A stretch of DNA of 64,000 nucleotides from a virus. Lineage: Duplodnaviria; Caudoviricetes. Under the pieces are notes generated by a model. That model saw nothing but the letters and a program-made list of their open reading frames with translations. It had not been told where the DNA came from and made no database searches. Positions 1-9,296 of the stretch are shown piece after piece. How positions within the stretch are numbered: position 1 is the stretch's first letter; the number at the start of each line of letters is the position of its first letter. The DNA lies in IMG/VR virus record IMGVR_UViG_3300023175_000012, positions 1 through 64,000 of that record, one strand, 5' to 3'. Made by a program: the position numbers and the translations under genes.

Positions 1-109
1 GCATTCCTCTATCTGGTTCAGGAGCCATTGGAGGTATACCGTCTTCATTTAATTGTTGTTTTTTTGTTTCGATATCAGTCATACGCTGAATCATATCTTT
101 CATATTCAT
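1..109 (-). CDS. Hypothetical protein, 5' part only (runs off the window): MNMKDMIQRMTDIETKKQQLNEDG...
   Basis: ATG at 109-107, preceded by GGGAG at the end of the upstream gene; frame open to position 1. Confidence 0.6.
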   Translation of the reverse strand, partial: MNMKDMIQRMTDIETKKQQLNEDGIPPMAPEPDRGM

Positions 110-111
110 AA

Positions 112-663
112 TTAGCTCCCTATTGCACTTTTGGTGTTTTCGCTGTTGTCAATGTCACTAGACTCACCAACTGGTCCGTCAGTTGTATCGAAGCCTCTTT
201 CTTTACGTGCTGTTTCTAATTCTTTTAATAAGTCCATTACACGTTGGCCTGCAACTTCATTTTGACCGTCAACACTTTCTAATTCTGGAGTTGAAAGTTT
301 CGCAACATATTCATCGCTTGCTTGCTCTTCTTGATATTGCTCTTGTGGCTCCATTGGATTTCTAACAATTAGATATGATTGATCTATACCACAGCATTGA
401 CCTATATACTCTTGTAATACTTGGGTAGTTGTTGGATAGTTTAATTCAACTTCAAAATAAGTAACTTCTGTATTCTGTAGTTGTGGGAAATCTAAAGGAC
501 GTTCTTGGATAGGTGTTTTCTTTCCTGCGCTCATATTATTCACGCCATACTTTTCAAGACAAGTTTTAAGCATTGCCTCGCACCCTTCAGGTAGTTCACC
601 TGCTACACCCACTTTAAATGGATAAACTTTTTTTGCTTCTGTTAAATAATCCGTAAACGCCAT
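112..663 (-). CDS. Hypothetical phage protein (acidic, possibly head-associated)
   Basis: 183-aa ORF with AGGA RBS and a GATAAATA late promoter at 686-692; no recognised motif. Confidence 0.7.
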   Translation of the reverse strand: MAFTDYLTEAKKVYPFKVGVAGELPEGCEAMLKTCLEKYGVNNMSAGKKTPIQERPLDFPQLQNTEVTYFEVELNYPTTTQVLQEYIGQCCGIDQSYLIVRNPMEPQEQYQEEQASDEYVAKLSTPELESVDGQNEVAGQRVMDLLKELETARKERGFDTTDGPVGESSDIDNSENTKSAIGS

Positions 664-684
664 TATATTGTTTCCTATTATATA

Positions 685-1176
685 TTATTTATCTTTATCG
701 AGTCCTTTTAGACGTTCGAGTAGACTGTTTCTATCTGTAACTACATACCCTTCGCCGTTAATCATACCGTCTTCACCTGTGGCATTGTCTTTGTCTTGCT
801 TCTCTTTTTTAAGTTGCAAATCAATCATTTTCAATTTTTTATCCATTTTTGCTATCTTTGCATCTAAACTAGTTTTAAGCATACCTCCGGCAACTTCAAA
901 TATTCTACCACTATACCGACTTTCGACGTTCATACCTAAATCCATTAAGTCTTCATAACTTTGTAAAGCACGATCTGCAACATCATTTAATTCGTTATCA
1001 GCCATTTCACCTAAACCCTTTACGGCAGGTAATGCACTTGCAATCTTATCAAACTCTGCAATATCTCGCAAAGTTTCTTTATGCTTAGTAATCGGCTGTG
1101 ACTTTTCTGCTTTAGCTTCTTCTATTATTTCTTTAGATTCTGGTAAGTCTAAAAGTTCTTCTAATTTCTTTGTCAT
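685..1176 (-). CDS. Probable terminase small subunit (T4 gp16-like)
   Basis: 163 aa, helical; RIFEVAGGML resembles the gp16 PRAxEV motif and C-terminal TDRNSLLERLK resembles the gp16 tail; lies next to the gp4-like gene. Confidence 0.45.
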   Translation of the reverse strand: MTKKLEELLDLPESKEIIEEAKAEKSQPITKHKETLRDIAEFDKIASALPAVKGLGEMADNELNDVADRALQSYEDLMDLGMNVESRYSGRIFEVAGGMLKTSLDAKIAKMDKKLKMIDLQLKKEKQDKDNATGEDGMINGEGYVVTDRNSLLERLKGLDKDK

Positions 1177-1205
1177 AGTAATATCCTATTAACTACTAGT
1201 ATTAT

Positions 1206-1643
1206 TTATCTTCGTCTGCCTTGATGGAAAATATCATCTTCATTAACAATACGAAAAAATATACCTTTTTGCTTACACCATGATTGCGCGGCACCCCATT
1301 TTGCTTGGTTAACTATATACGCAGCTTGGTTTTGTTTAGACCTACCTACTTTTTCTTTAATTGTTTGATTAGCAGGTTTAACTTCTATAAGTTCAACACG
1401 TTGTTTGCCTTTTTTATCTGCATAAACTATAAAAAAATCAGGCACATAAATTGTATGTTTACCTGTAAACGGATGTCTATAAGGAATTTTAATTGCTTCA
1501 CTTGCCCATTGTGCAATACTAGGGTGTTCGTCGCAGAATCTCATAAATGCAAATTCCCAACTACTTCTATATGTTGGAGTTTTATTTCCTACATACTTGT
1601 CAGGATTTTTTAAGTTGAATTTGCCCTGAGCGAATCTAGGCAT
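1206..1643 (-). CDS. Head completion nuclease (T4 gp4-like, TnsA-type PD-(D/E)xK)
   Basis: Motifs YRSSWE, WASE, YVPDF and IEVKP typical of gp4. Confidence 0.88.
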   Translation of the reverse strand: MPRFAQGKFNLKNPDKYVGNKTPTYRSSWEFAFMRFCDEHPSIAQWASEAIKIPYRHPFTGKHTIYVPDFFIVYADKKGKQRVELIEVKPANQTIKEKVGRSKQNQAAYIVNQAKWGAAQSWCKQKGIFFRIVNEDDIFHQGRRR

Positions 1644-1646
1644 TTT

Positions 1647-2027
1647 TTAAACCTCAAATATTTCTATGTTTCTTGATTCTAAAATATTTGAGTCTGTTTC
1701 TACTTTGAAACCTAATGTACTTGTCTTACCTCGACTATAGTTTAGAATTTCTGCAACTAGCGCACTCAATTGGCTGTCATTTAAGCCTTGTAGAGTGTCT
1801 AATAATTTAAATACAGGAACATTATCAATTTTTGCTTGTTGTAATAATATTGTAGCAACGCTTGCACTTGCTCTGTCTTCAAATCCTCTTTTGTCAAAGT
1901 ATGCTAGTACAGCGTCAACATCATTACTAGGGAATTCTATTTTCTTTTTGTAGTAACTATCATAAAATTCTCTTACTGGTTGATCGCTTGATTGAAAACC
2001 TTGTTGTGGTAAATTTCCTTGAGCCAT
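1647..2027 (-). CDS. Hypothetical phage protein
   Basis: 126-aa ORF with GGAGG RBS, tightly packed in the operon. Confidence 0.7.
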   Translation of the reverse strand: MAQGNLPQQGFQSSDQPVREFYDSYYKKKIEFPSNDVDAVLAYFDKRGFEDRASASVATILLQQAKIDNVPVFKLLDTLQGLNDSQLSALVAEILNYSRGKTSTLGFKVETDSNILESRNIEIFEV

Positions 2028-2028
2028 A

Positions 2029-3192
2029 TTATCCTCCGCCGTCGCCTACTGTTACTGGTAAGCCATTTGCTGCTTGAGCACCTGCAACTTTTGATGCTGA
2101 CAGTGCAGGATTATTTGTTGCACTATTTGTTGATGCAGATGTTGAATTATTATCGCCCCCGTTTGCTGTAGATTTTGGTACAAGTATTCCTGGTAATCCG
2201 CCTGGACCTTTTTTACCAGCATTTACTATTGCCCCTGTTAATATACTTAAACCTTCAGCTTTTATGCTATCTGAACTTAAATCTCTTGCATTTCTAACTG
2301 TATTTGCCGCTGTAATAAGTGTGCCTAAACCAAAGTTACCACTTGTAATATCTCCTAGTACACTTGATGCGCCATCAAGTACACCGCCGCCGCCAAATAA
2401 GTTACCTACACCACCGCCTGCAACACTTAATGGACTTGGAGTAGTATCATAGTGATCTGTTGCAAATGTTGCTGGACTGTCTTCGCCTACAGCACCTCTA
2501 CTATATAATACAGCTTCGTAGTTAATTGACATTTTGTTTTCTGCTATACCTGAACCTGCTGATTGGTCCATACTGTCGTGTCCCCAACTTTCAATAATTG
2601 GATTAACAAGTGTATATTCTGTATATTCGTGTCTACTAAATTGATATATTTTTATGTTCTTAAAGAAAGGAACCATTTTATCATTATCTAAACCAAATCT
2701 ATATGTTCTACCATTGGCTTCTTTATATGTTCCTCTTGGATCATAACTTGCTGTAATATCTGAAATATTCGAATCTCTATAATAGTATCTGTAGTATGCT
2801 TCCATTAACATTGTAGTAATGCCAACATTGTCGTCATGCATTGTTAAAGAAACTGGTGTGTAGTCTATTCTTGTTTGAACGTTTTTCTTTCTGTTATATT
2901 GATTTTTTACATCTACGGTTGATCTATACTGTGGTAAATCAACTGTTTTTACAAGCATATTAAGTTCTGCTCTATGCCTATTTTGTAATTTTGGAAATCC
3001 TGCTAGTACATCATGCTTATCATCTTTGTAAAAATTAAAATTTACAAAGTAAAGAAATTTAACTTTTGGTGCAAGCCTAAATGCGTTATCAACATAAAGT
3101 CTTTGGGCATGCTGGAAGTCGCCCAAATTGCCTTTTGGCGTTAACACACCGCCGAAAAAATTGTCTAAGAATCCATTTAACTTATTTGCCAT
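2029..3192 (-). CDS. Tail tube-like baseplate/tube initiator protein (gp19/gp48/gp54 fold)
   Basis: VKTVDLPQY...YTPVSLTMHDDN...EYTLVNPII pattern is paralogous to the tail tube protein; lies directly downstream of the tube gene; Gly/Ser-rich C-terminus. Confidence 0.65.
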   Translation of the reverse strand: MANKLNGFLDNFFGGVLTPKGNLGDFQHAQRLYVDNAFRLAPKVKFLYFVNFNFYKDDKHDVLAGFPKLQNRHRAELNMLVKTVDLPQYRSTVDVKNQYNRKKNVQTRIDYTPVSLTMHDDNVGITTMLMEAYYRYYYRDSNISDITASYDPRGTYKEANGRTYRFGLDNDKMVPFFKNIKIYQFSRHEYTEYTLVNPIIESWGHDSMDQSAGSGIAENKMSINYEAVLYSRGAVGEDSPATFATDHYDTTPSPLSVAGGGVGNLFGGGGVLDGASSVLGDITSGNFGLGTLITAANTVRNARDLSSDSIKAEGLSILTGAIVNAGKKGPGGLPGILVPKSTANGGDNNSTSASTNSATNNPALSASKVAGAQAANGLPVTVGDGGG

Positions 3193-3227
3193 AATAATAT
3201 TTATCAGAAAAGATTAAGTGCGTATAT

Positions 3228-3255
3228 AAAAAAAAGGAAGCCGTTTCCGACTTCC
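3228..3255 (-). terminator. Rho-independent terminator after the tail tube gene
   Basis: Minus strand GGAAGTCG-GAAA-CGGCTTCC followed by T8. Confidence 0.85.
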
Positions 3256-3292
3256 CTTTCTTATCTGAATAGCAATCTAGTTAAAGCGTCTA

Positions 3293-3919
3293 TTAAACGC
3301 CGCCGCCGGTTACTAACGTATTGACTGTTCTGCCAACCGCTGTACCAATACCTTGACCTTGCGGTGTTTGGATTGCGTTATCATATCTAATTGATAATGC
3401 AATGGTAGCTGCATCACTTGTTGCATAGTTTAGTGTATTGTAGTTAGCATTTTGTAAGAAACAGCCATAAAGCTCAAATGTTTCTAGTACACCAACTTCA
3501 TTAGCGCCGTTGCCGCCATCTAATACTTCAATACGTGTTAAGAATTTGTAGTCAATACCACTAGCTGCACTTGACTGTTCAAAGAAGTCAAATTGTTTCT
3601 GTAGTTGTTCGCCTACAAGTTTTTGTACGTTATTGTTTACATCGTCACGTACATTCAATGTAATTGGTTCCCAAGTATGCTTACCTGCTAAGTAACTTCT
3701 GGAGTTATACACGTCTAATGTAATTTCTTCAAAAGTAATGTTAGGACGGGTAACATCCATAACTTGTTTTGTCAATTCTGTTGTTGCTGATGTTACACCA
3801 AAGTTCTCTAAAGTCACTCTAAAGCGATATTGGAGTTTTGGCATCAAAAGTCCCTGATTGCTTGCGCTTGTGTCGCTCGCTAAAGGAACTGTAATTTTTG
3901 ATAATGTTGAGATTGCCAT
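3293..3919 (-). CDS. Tail tube protein (gp19-like)
   Basis: PKLQYRFRV, YLAGKHTWEPITL, LSIRYDNA motifs; follows the sheath gene; own late promoter at 3941-3947. Confidence 0.88.
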   Translation of the reverse strand: MAISTLSKITVPLASDTSASNQGLLMPKLQYRFRVTLENFGVTSATTELTKQVMDVTRPNITFEEITLDVYNSRSYLAGKHTWEPITLNVRDDVNNNVQKLVGEQLQKQFDFFEQSSAASGIDYKFLTRIEVLDGGNGANEVGVLETFELYGCFLQNANYNTLNYATSDAATIALSIRYDNAIQTPQGQGIGTAVGRTVNTLVTGGGV

Positions 3920-3956
3920 TCTATTTTCTCCTGTTGCTAGTATTTATCAAAGTGTC

Positions 3957-3976
3957 GGCCCCGTATTTCAGAGGCC
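3957..3976 (-). promoter_or_regulatory. Stem-loop between the sheath and tube genes (mRNA stability or weak terminator)
   Basis: Minus strand GGCCTC-TGAAATAC-GGGGCC with no U tract. Confidence 0.45.
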
Positions 3977-3987
3977 TAATCACCTAA

Positions 3988-6900
3988 TTAAAGTCCTGCA
4001 ATTTCTCCTGTATTTTTAAGTCTAAGTGGAATGTAAATAAATTCTACAGCCTTAACTGGTTCAATTGCAATGTCTAAGTATAGCTCATTACGATCTATTC
4101 TACTTGGTGTATTGTTTGATTCGTCACATACAACTAAGAAGTCATAAAGTGCTCGTTGTCCTACTAGTTCTAGCATTAAACTTTCTGCTGCACCTTTAAT
4201 TTCATCTCTTGTGATCTTATCGTTTGGCTCAAACAAGTATGGTTTTGCAAGTTTATTAAGTTGACTACGTAAGTAAACAACTAAACGTGCTACGTTGATT
4301 CTATCCAACGCACTTGCATTTCTTGCTCTTGTTTTCTGACCAAATACAACTAAGCCACTTCCGCTTAAGAATGTAATTGGGTTAATAGCCTGTGAGTAAA
4401 GTGTATCTCTTTGACCTTCGTTAAGTGCTACACTTACAAATTCACCTTCATCATTAATATAACCTGCTGCTGTTGCGTTAGTTACACCACCACGTCTTGT
4501 ACCTGCTGGTGCAAACCATGGGTAGCTAACTTGGTCACTTAGTGCAATAGTTCTTAATGCCATGTGTGATGCTGGAACAACAATGTTGTTACCTGCGTTA
4601 TCGCTTGTGAATCCTGCTGGATAGTAAACACCCATATATTCATCAAAACTTACAAGTCCTTCATCGTTATCTTCAACAGCTCTGCGAACGTTTGTTGCCC
4701 ACTCATTAAGTGAAGTAGCATCTGGTGTCAATCTCATTGGTGAGTCACCAACAATAAATGCACTTAGTCCTCTATCGTAGTTGAGGCTAATCATTTCACC
4801 AATCAATTCTGGATATCCTGGTGTTGCCATAACATTAAAGATTCTTGATTCATCATCTCTAATATCGTCATTGCTATTAACCATTGCTTGTAACGCTTGT
4901 ATAACAACTTTACGCTGTGCTTTACGTCCGAAGCTTCCTGAACCATCTGCTTGGTTGCCTGACTCAGTTACCCATCTGTGTGGATAGTAGCCAGCCATTG
5001 ATTCGTCATTATTAAATCTTCCATTTGTTCCATTGATATCTACATAGTTACGCTCAAAACGCTTAACATTAAAGCCAGAACGTCTTAGGTTCCATAGCAA
5101 CATACCTTTTGGATATAGTGCTGGATCTGGAGCATCTGGATCTAAGTAATTACTTGTTAGTAGATCTACAATATCACCTGCTTCGTCGCTGTTTGCACCT
5201 GCTGTGTTGTAACGTGCATCTGCAAATAGTACACCGTTTTCAGTTGTTTGATCTGAAACATCTAGTAATGCCCATGCTAAATTAACACCATCATATCTAT
5301 AAACTAACGGATAGTTTTCTAAATCTGCTGTGCTAATCCAAATGTCACCGTCTACTAGTGCTGTTGCATCTGACTGTTGTGTTGGTTCTGAAGCACTTAC
5401 AATTGGTCCTGTTGGATTTGTGTAAGCATAATCAGCATTGAAATTTTGATAACCAACCCAAGTAGTACCATCATGTATCATTAAGTCTACTTCGTCAACA
5501 ACACTATTGTACCACAATGCGCCTTGTGCTGCTAATGCACCCGGTGCATCGTCGCTTGCTGTAAATATAGCTTTTTTCCAGTTACTTGCTGTAAGTACAC
5601 TGTTTCTGTTGTAAAGGTTTGCTGTTGTTGAAGGATTGCCTACAACAAATGCTACAAAGCCTGCTGCTGCAAATGCACTGTTTGTATCTTGGATTGTAAA
5701 GTCACCGCCTTGTAAATGCTTAACAATAAGTTTGTTATCTGAACTCACTTCTGCTTGAATGTTTTCAAGTGATGAATTGTTAATAGCGCCAGCCATTAAG
5801 TCAGCATCGCCAACAGCACCTGTTGCTACAAAACTAATTGTAACAGGTGAACCTAATGCATTGCTACCTGCGTCGGTTTCAGCAATATTAAATGCATAAG
5901 TTTGTGCTGAGAATGTAGTAGCTGTAATTGCACTACCTACAATCTGCGTAGCACCTGCGTTAGCACGACTGAATATTGTAAATGCACCTTCAACTGGGCT
6001 TGCAGCTTCAACGTTAGATTGTACAAATGTACTTCCTACTGGTAGGTTTACACCACCGCCTGCTCTATCTAAAGCATACAATGCCGCTGCTGCTGAATCA
6101 TAAATTGGTGCTGAAATGCTATCAAATAGTTGTGTGTTATCGTTATAACGCTTGTATTTCCAGTTTGCACCTTGATTAGGCTCAGTTGTTTTAAGCCATA
6201 AACTTCCTGTTGGACGTGGAATTGTGTCTGTTGACTTAAACTCTGGAACACTTGTGTGAGCACTAATTTGTAGTTTTGGTGCATCAAATGTTCCTGCTGT
6301 CAATCCTAATTTACCAAGTAAACCATCTACGTCTGCAATAGTAATTCTTTCATCATCTGATCCATCGTTAAAAATGCTAAACTTGCCATCAATTTTGACA
6401 AAGCTAATACCTGCATTTTGGAATGACACATCAGCGTTTGCTGTTGATATTGTGTCATCTAAATCAGTGCCTTCTGCTACTGTGATAGGTGAACCAGACC
6501 CTACAGTAATAGTTAAACTTGTACTTGCACCAAGTGTTGGGTTAGATGCTGTACCTTGTGCAACGTAATGTGAGTTAACCCATGCTGATGAGCCAACTTT
6601 TACCCAACTACCTGTGTAGTTTCTGTAATATACTCTAATGACATCGGTTGTTGCTTTAATTGCATAATCACCTATATTTCCAACTGACTCTTTAGGATCT
6701 CCGTTGCCGTCTAATTTTGTTGTATCTGTAATTACAATAGGAGTTCTAACAGTAAAAGACTGTCCGCCTGTTACATTCTTTGGAGAACTATTCCACTCAA
6801 AAATACCATATGAACTATCGTTAGTATCAAACCAGTTAGTTCCATCTGCTGGTGCATCTTGTGGCTCTGTTGCTGTTGGCTGTAAAACGCCTAAGTCAAC

Positions 6901-7239
6901 ATCTGCTCTAGTAACATAAACTCTATTGCTAACCCCTAATAATGAATATGCAGCTTGTAAACCATATTCGTTTAGTTCGCCGCCGTGTATTGGGTTGTTA
7001 TTTGAATCTGTATAGAAAACTGGATCGCCGAAAGTTTCAGCAAGTTCTCTTTGTGATGTAAGCAAGTAAGGTTTGCCAGCGTTTGCTTTTAGCGTTCCTT
7101 CTGCTGTTCCTGTGCCACTTCCGTTTGTTTTATTTTCTGCGGAAGCAACAAAAATCATTGGTACGGTGCCTGGTTCAGCTGGGGTATAAAAACTTTCGTC
7201 TATTACCTTGACTTCTACACCTGGTGATGATAATGCCAT
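3988..7239 (-). CDS. Contractile tail sheath protein (gp18-like), enlarged to 1083 aa
   Basis: N-terminal LSSPGVEVKVID; C-terminal PWFAPAGTRRG, INPI, SALDRINVARL, VCDESNNTP, IEPVKAVEFIYI. Confidence 0.95.
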   Translation of the reverse strand: MALSSPGVEVKVIDESFYTPAEPGTVPMIFVASAENKTNGSGTGTAEGTLKANAGKPYLLTSQRELAETFGDPVFYTDSNNNPIHGGELNEYGLQAAYSLLGVSNRVYVTRADVDLGVLQPTATEPQDAPADGTNWFDTNDSSYGIFEWNSSPKNVTGGQSFTVRTPIVITDTTKLDGNGDPKESVGNIGDYAIKATTDVIRVYYRNYTGSWVKVGSSAWVNSHYVAQGTASNPTLGASTSLTITVGSGSPITVAEGTDLDDTISTANADVSFQNAGISFVKIDGKFSIFNDGSDDERITIADVDGLLGKLGLTAGTFDAPKLQISAHTSVPEFKSTDTIPRPTGSLWLKTTEPNQGANWKYKRYNDNTQLFDSISAPIYDSAAAALYALDRAGGGVNLPVGSTFVQSNVEAASPVEGAFTIFSRANAGATQIVGSAITATTFSAQTYAFNIAETDAGSNALGSPVTISFVATGAVGDADLMAGAINNSSLENIQAEVSSDNKLIVKHLQGGDFTIQDTNSAFAAAGFVAFVVGNPSTTANLYNRNSVLTASNWKKAIFTASDDAPGALAAQGALWYNSVVDEVDLMIHDGTTWVGYQNFNADYAYTNPTGPIVSASEPTQQSDATALVDGDIWISTADLENYPLVYRYDGVNLAWALLDVSDQTTENGVLFADARYNTAGANSDEAGDIVDLLTSNYLDPDAPDPALYPKGMLLWNLRRSGFNVKRFERNYVDINGTNGRFNNDESMAGYYPHRWVTESGNQADGSGSFGRKAQRKVVIQALQAMVNSNDDIRDDESRIFNVMATPGYPELIGEMISLNYDRGLSAFIVGDSPMRLTPDATSLNEWATNVRRAVEDNDEGLVSFDEYMGVYYPAGFTSDNAGNNIVVPASHMALRTIALSDQVSYPWFAPAGTRRGGVTNATAAGYINDEGEFVSVALNEGQRDTLYSQAINPITFLSGSGLVVFGQKTRARNASALDRINVARLVVYLRSQLNKLAKPYLFEPNDKITRDEIKGAAESLMLELVGQRALYDFLVVCDESNNTPSRIDRNELYLDIAIEPVKAVEFIYIPLRLKNTGEIAGL

Positions 7240-7271
7240 TTTTAATTCTCCTGTTGAGTAGTTGTTATTAT

Positions 7272-7342
7272 TATTTAGCAGATATTTCAGAAATAGCTGT
7301 ATTAAACACTATGAAAAAGGGACCGAAAAGGGCAACTAAATA
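7272..7342. promoter_or_regulatory. Divergent T4-late-type promoters: CTAAATA on minus (7272-7278, sheath) and CTAAATA on plus (7336-7342, HNH gene)
   Basis: Both match the TAAATA core found upstream of most structural genes here. Confidence 0.6.
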
Positions 7343-7347
7343 ATAAT

Positions 7348-7689
7348 ATGAGACCTTTATGCAAAAACTGTAACAGTAAACCTGCTGCAATTAATTATTA
7401 TAAAGACGATAAACCCTACTACAGATCAAAATGCGAAAGTTGTAGTAGATATAGCGGACCTGGTAGGGGACAGCCTCGCTGGCAACGATTTGGCTATGTA
7501 AAGAAAACTGAGTGTGAAAAGTGCGGGTATAAATCAAAGAATGAAGAGCAATTTGACGTATATCATATTGATGGACGATTAGATAATTGTCGGCCTACTA
7601 ACTTAAAAACTATATGTGCTAACTGTCAGAGGATTCTTCAAAAGGACGGGGTGCGCTGGAAGCAAGGTGACCTAATCCCTGATTTCTAA
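7348..7689 (+). CDS. Zinc-finger/HNH-like protein (possibly catalytically degenerate)
   Basis: Four CxxC pairs; DVYHIDGRLDNCRPTNLKTICANCQ is an HNH motif with H to Y and H to Q changes. Confidence 0.75.
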   Translation: MRPLCKNCNSKPAAINYYKDDKPYYRSKCESCSRYSGPGRGQPRWQRFGYVKKTECEKCGYKSKNEEQFDVYHIDGRLDNCRPTNLKTICANCQRILQKDGVRWKQGDLIPDF

Positions 7690-8179
7690 AGATAGTACGA
7701 ATAAGTGTATCTACATTAAGTTTTAATCTTTTTAAATCGCCGTTGTTGTCAATTGTATAATCACACATCCATTGTTCAATACTCATAGAACTAGGATCTT
7801 CGGTAGGCAAATGATCTGCACGATCTACCCAAATAGCATAGTCAAATATTTCTTCGTTTTGCATTGCAAAGAATTCTCTCTTATTACGTAACCCACAGTA
7901 AATGCTATTTTGTGCAAATAAATTTCTACCTAATTTTGCTAAGTCATCTCTGCAATAATCGTGAATCATATTATACCATTCGGCTCTATGATTATGCCTA
8001 TCTGTATAACATTCTTCCTCGTTGGTGTATCCGTACTTGTCTTTTAGATCGTTAAAAATAAACAGTTCTGAACAGAACTTAGAGCTTGATTGAAATGAAT
8101 AACCGTATTCTTCTAGCATTTCGCAGACAGTATCTTTACCGTGTCTGCCGTGACCGACAACAAGTAGTTTAGGTAACAT
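7619..8179 (-). CDS. Deoxynucleoside monophosphate kinase (T4 gp1-like)
   Basis: P-loop VVGHGRHGKDTV; C-terminal DYTIDNNGDL; preceded by a sigma70-type promoter. Confidence 0.75.
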   Translation of the reverse strand: MLPKLLVVGHGRHGKDTVCEMLEEYGYSFQSSSKFCSELFIFNDLKDKYGYTNEEECYTDRHNHRAEWYNMIHDYCRDDLAKLGRNLFAQNSIYCGLRNKREFFAMQNEEIFDYAIWVDRADHLPTEDPSSMSIEQWMCDYTIDNNGDLKRLKLNVDTLIRTIFRNQGLGHLASSAPRPFEESSDS

Positions 8180-8212
8180 AATTTAAATTATCCTTTGTAT
8201 AATATACTTTAC

Positions 8213-8241
8213 AGTATATAGAATAATTACGCTTTTGTCAA
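8213..8241 (-). promoter_or_regulatory. Sigma70-type (early/middle) promoter for the dNMP kinase
   Basis: TTGACA (8241-8236), 17 bp, TATACT (8218-8213). Confidence 0.75.
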
Positions 8242-8448
8242 GTATTTTTTACTTTTTTGAGCTTGTCGTTTTGCCCAGGCTGCTTCAAAACCAATCTCAT
8301 GCTGATATGCTTCGATGTTACCCCATAATCTTTTTACATAAGATTCATAAGTAGACATTATATCTTTTTCCTGCCATGATTCAGGGATGAGTTGACCTTT
8401 TACAATCCAATACAAACGATTTGCTTCTTTAAGTTGGAAGTATGTCAT
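8227..8448 (-). CDS. Hypothetical protein (73 aa), apparently leaderless
   Basis: ORF starts 4 nt after GTAAATA (8453-8459). Confidence 0.65.
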   Translation of the reverse strand: MTYFQLKEANRLYWIVKGQLIPESWQEKDIMSTYESYVKRLWGNIEAYQHEIGFEAAWAKRQAQKSKKYLTKA

Positions 8449-8485
8449 ACTGTATTTACAGTAGACTTATATTATAGCGTTAACA

Positions 8486-9250
8486 TTAGCCAATTAAGAA
8501 ACTGTAGCCAACGCCGCCAGCAACTTGTAGAGATAACTCTTGTTCTAGTTTCTCCATATCTGCTTGAGCTTCAGCTTTTAGTGTGTCACCGTTAAGACTT
8601 GTGCCGCCTTGTGGTCCAGCAACAGTAGCAAATTTACTACGAGCTTCTCCTAGCATGTATTTGCAACCTGCTAGTGTGTAATCTTTAATCCATTGCTTTG
8701 CTAGATAATCTTCAAATAATTGATTATCAGGTCTATAGTTGTAAGCATAGATTAAAACTTCTTCGTCAGCTCTAGGTTGTTGTAATACTGTAAGTTTCTT
8801 TGTAGTTGTGTTCCATTTAAATTCTATAAATGACCCAAACATACGCCCTACTAGTTCTTGATATCCTGCAAACATATCATAAGTTGCTAATCCTCCCATT
8901 TGAGTTGATCCACTTAAAAGATATGTGTTAGTAAATGCTAAGTTAAAAGGTTCAAATAGAGAGCCGCCTCCGCCGTTGCCTGTTCTAGATCCAATACTTC
9001 TACGGAATAGTTTTCTTACTTCGATAACTTCGCTAGGTAATATGTACTCATTTTGATCTTCAATTAGTGTCAAAAACAAGTAAGATTCTTCTACAGCGTG
9101 ATCTGTTCTCTGCCTATACTTTGTTAATGCTTTTGTTAGAGCAGATTCGTAGTGTATAGGATCTAATTCTACATCAACCATGCCGCCACCTAAAAAGGCG
9201 TTAACATAGTCAAATATTTCCTGTTTTTGTGTTGCTAAACTAGTTGCCAT
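8486..9250 (-). CDS. Neck protein (gp13-like head-tail adaptor)
   Basis: LGGGMVDVELD, WIKDYTLA..K..LGEARSKF..V.GPQGG.SLNG motifs. Confidence 0.85.
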   Translation of the reverse strand: MATSLATQKQEIFDYVNAFLGGGMVDVELDPIHYESALTKALTKYRQRTDHAVEESYLFLTLIEDQNEYILPSEVIEVRKLFRRSIGSRTGNGGGGSLFEPFNLAFTNTYLLSGSTQMGGLATYDMFAGYQELVGRMFGSFIEFKWNTTTKKLTVLQQPRADEEVLIYAYNYRPDNQLFEDYLAKQWIKDYTLAGCKYMLGEARSKFATVAGPQGGTSLNGDTLKAEAQADMEKLEQELSLQVAGGVGYSFLIG

Positions 9251-9270
9251 ATTATCTTGTTCTCCAATAG

Positions 9271-9291
9271 TATTTATCGTATCGATAAATA
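9271..9291. promoter_or_regulatory. Palindromic bidirectional late promoter between gp13 and gp14
   Basis: TATTTATCG-TAT-CGATAAATA: perfect 9-bp inverted repeat giving GATAAATA on both strands. Confidence 0.75.
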
Positions 9292-9296
9292 TGTAT

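Noticed and set aside
1206-1643. TnsA-like nuclease as a sign of a Tn7-type transposon
   Set aside because: Motifs and context fit the T4 gp4 head-completion protein; no tnsB/tnsC or terminal repeats
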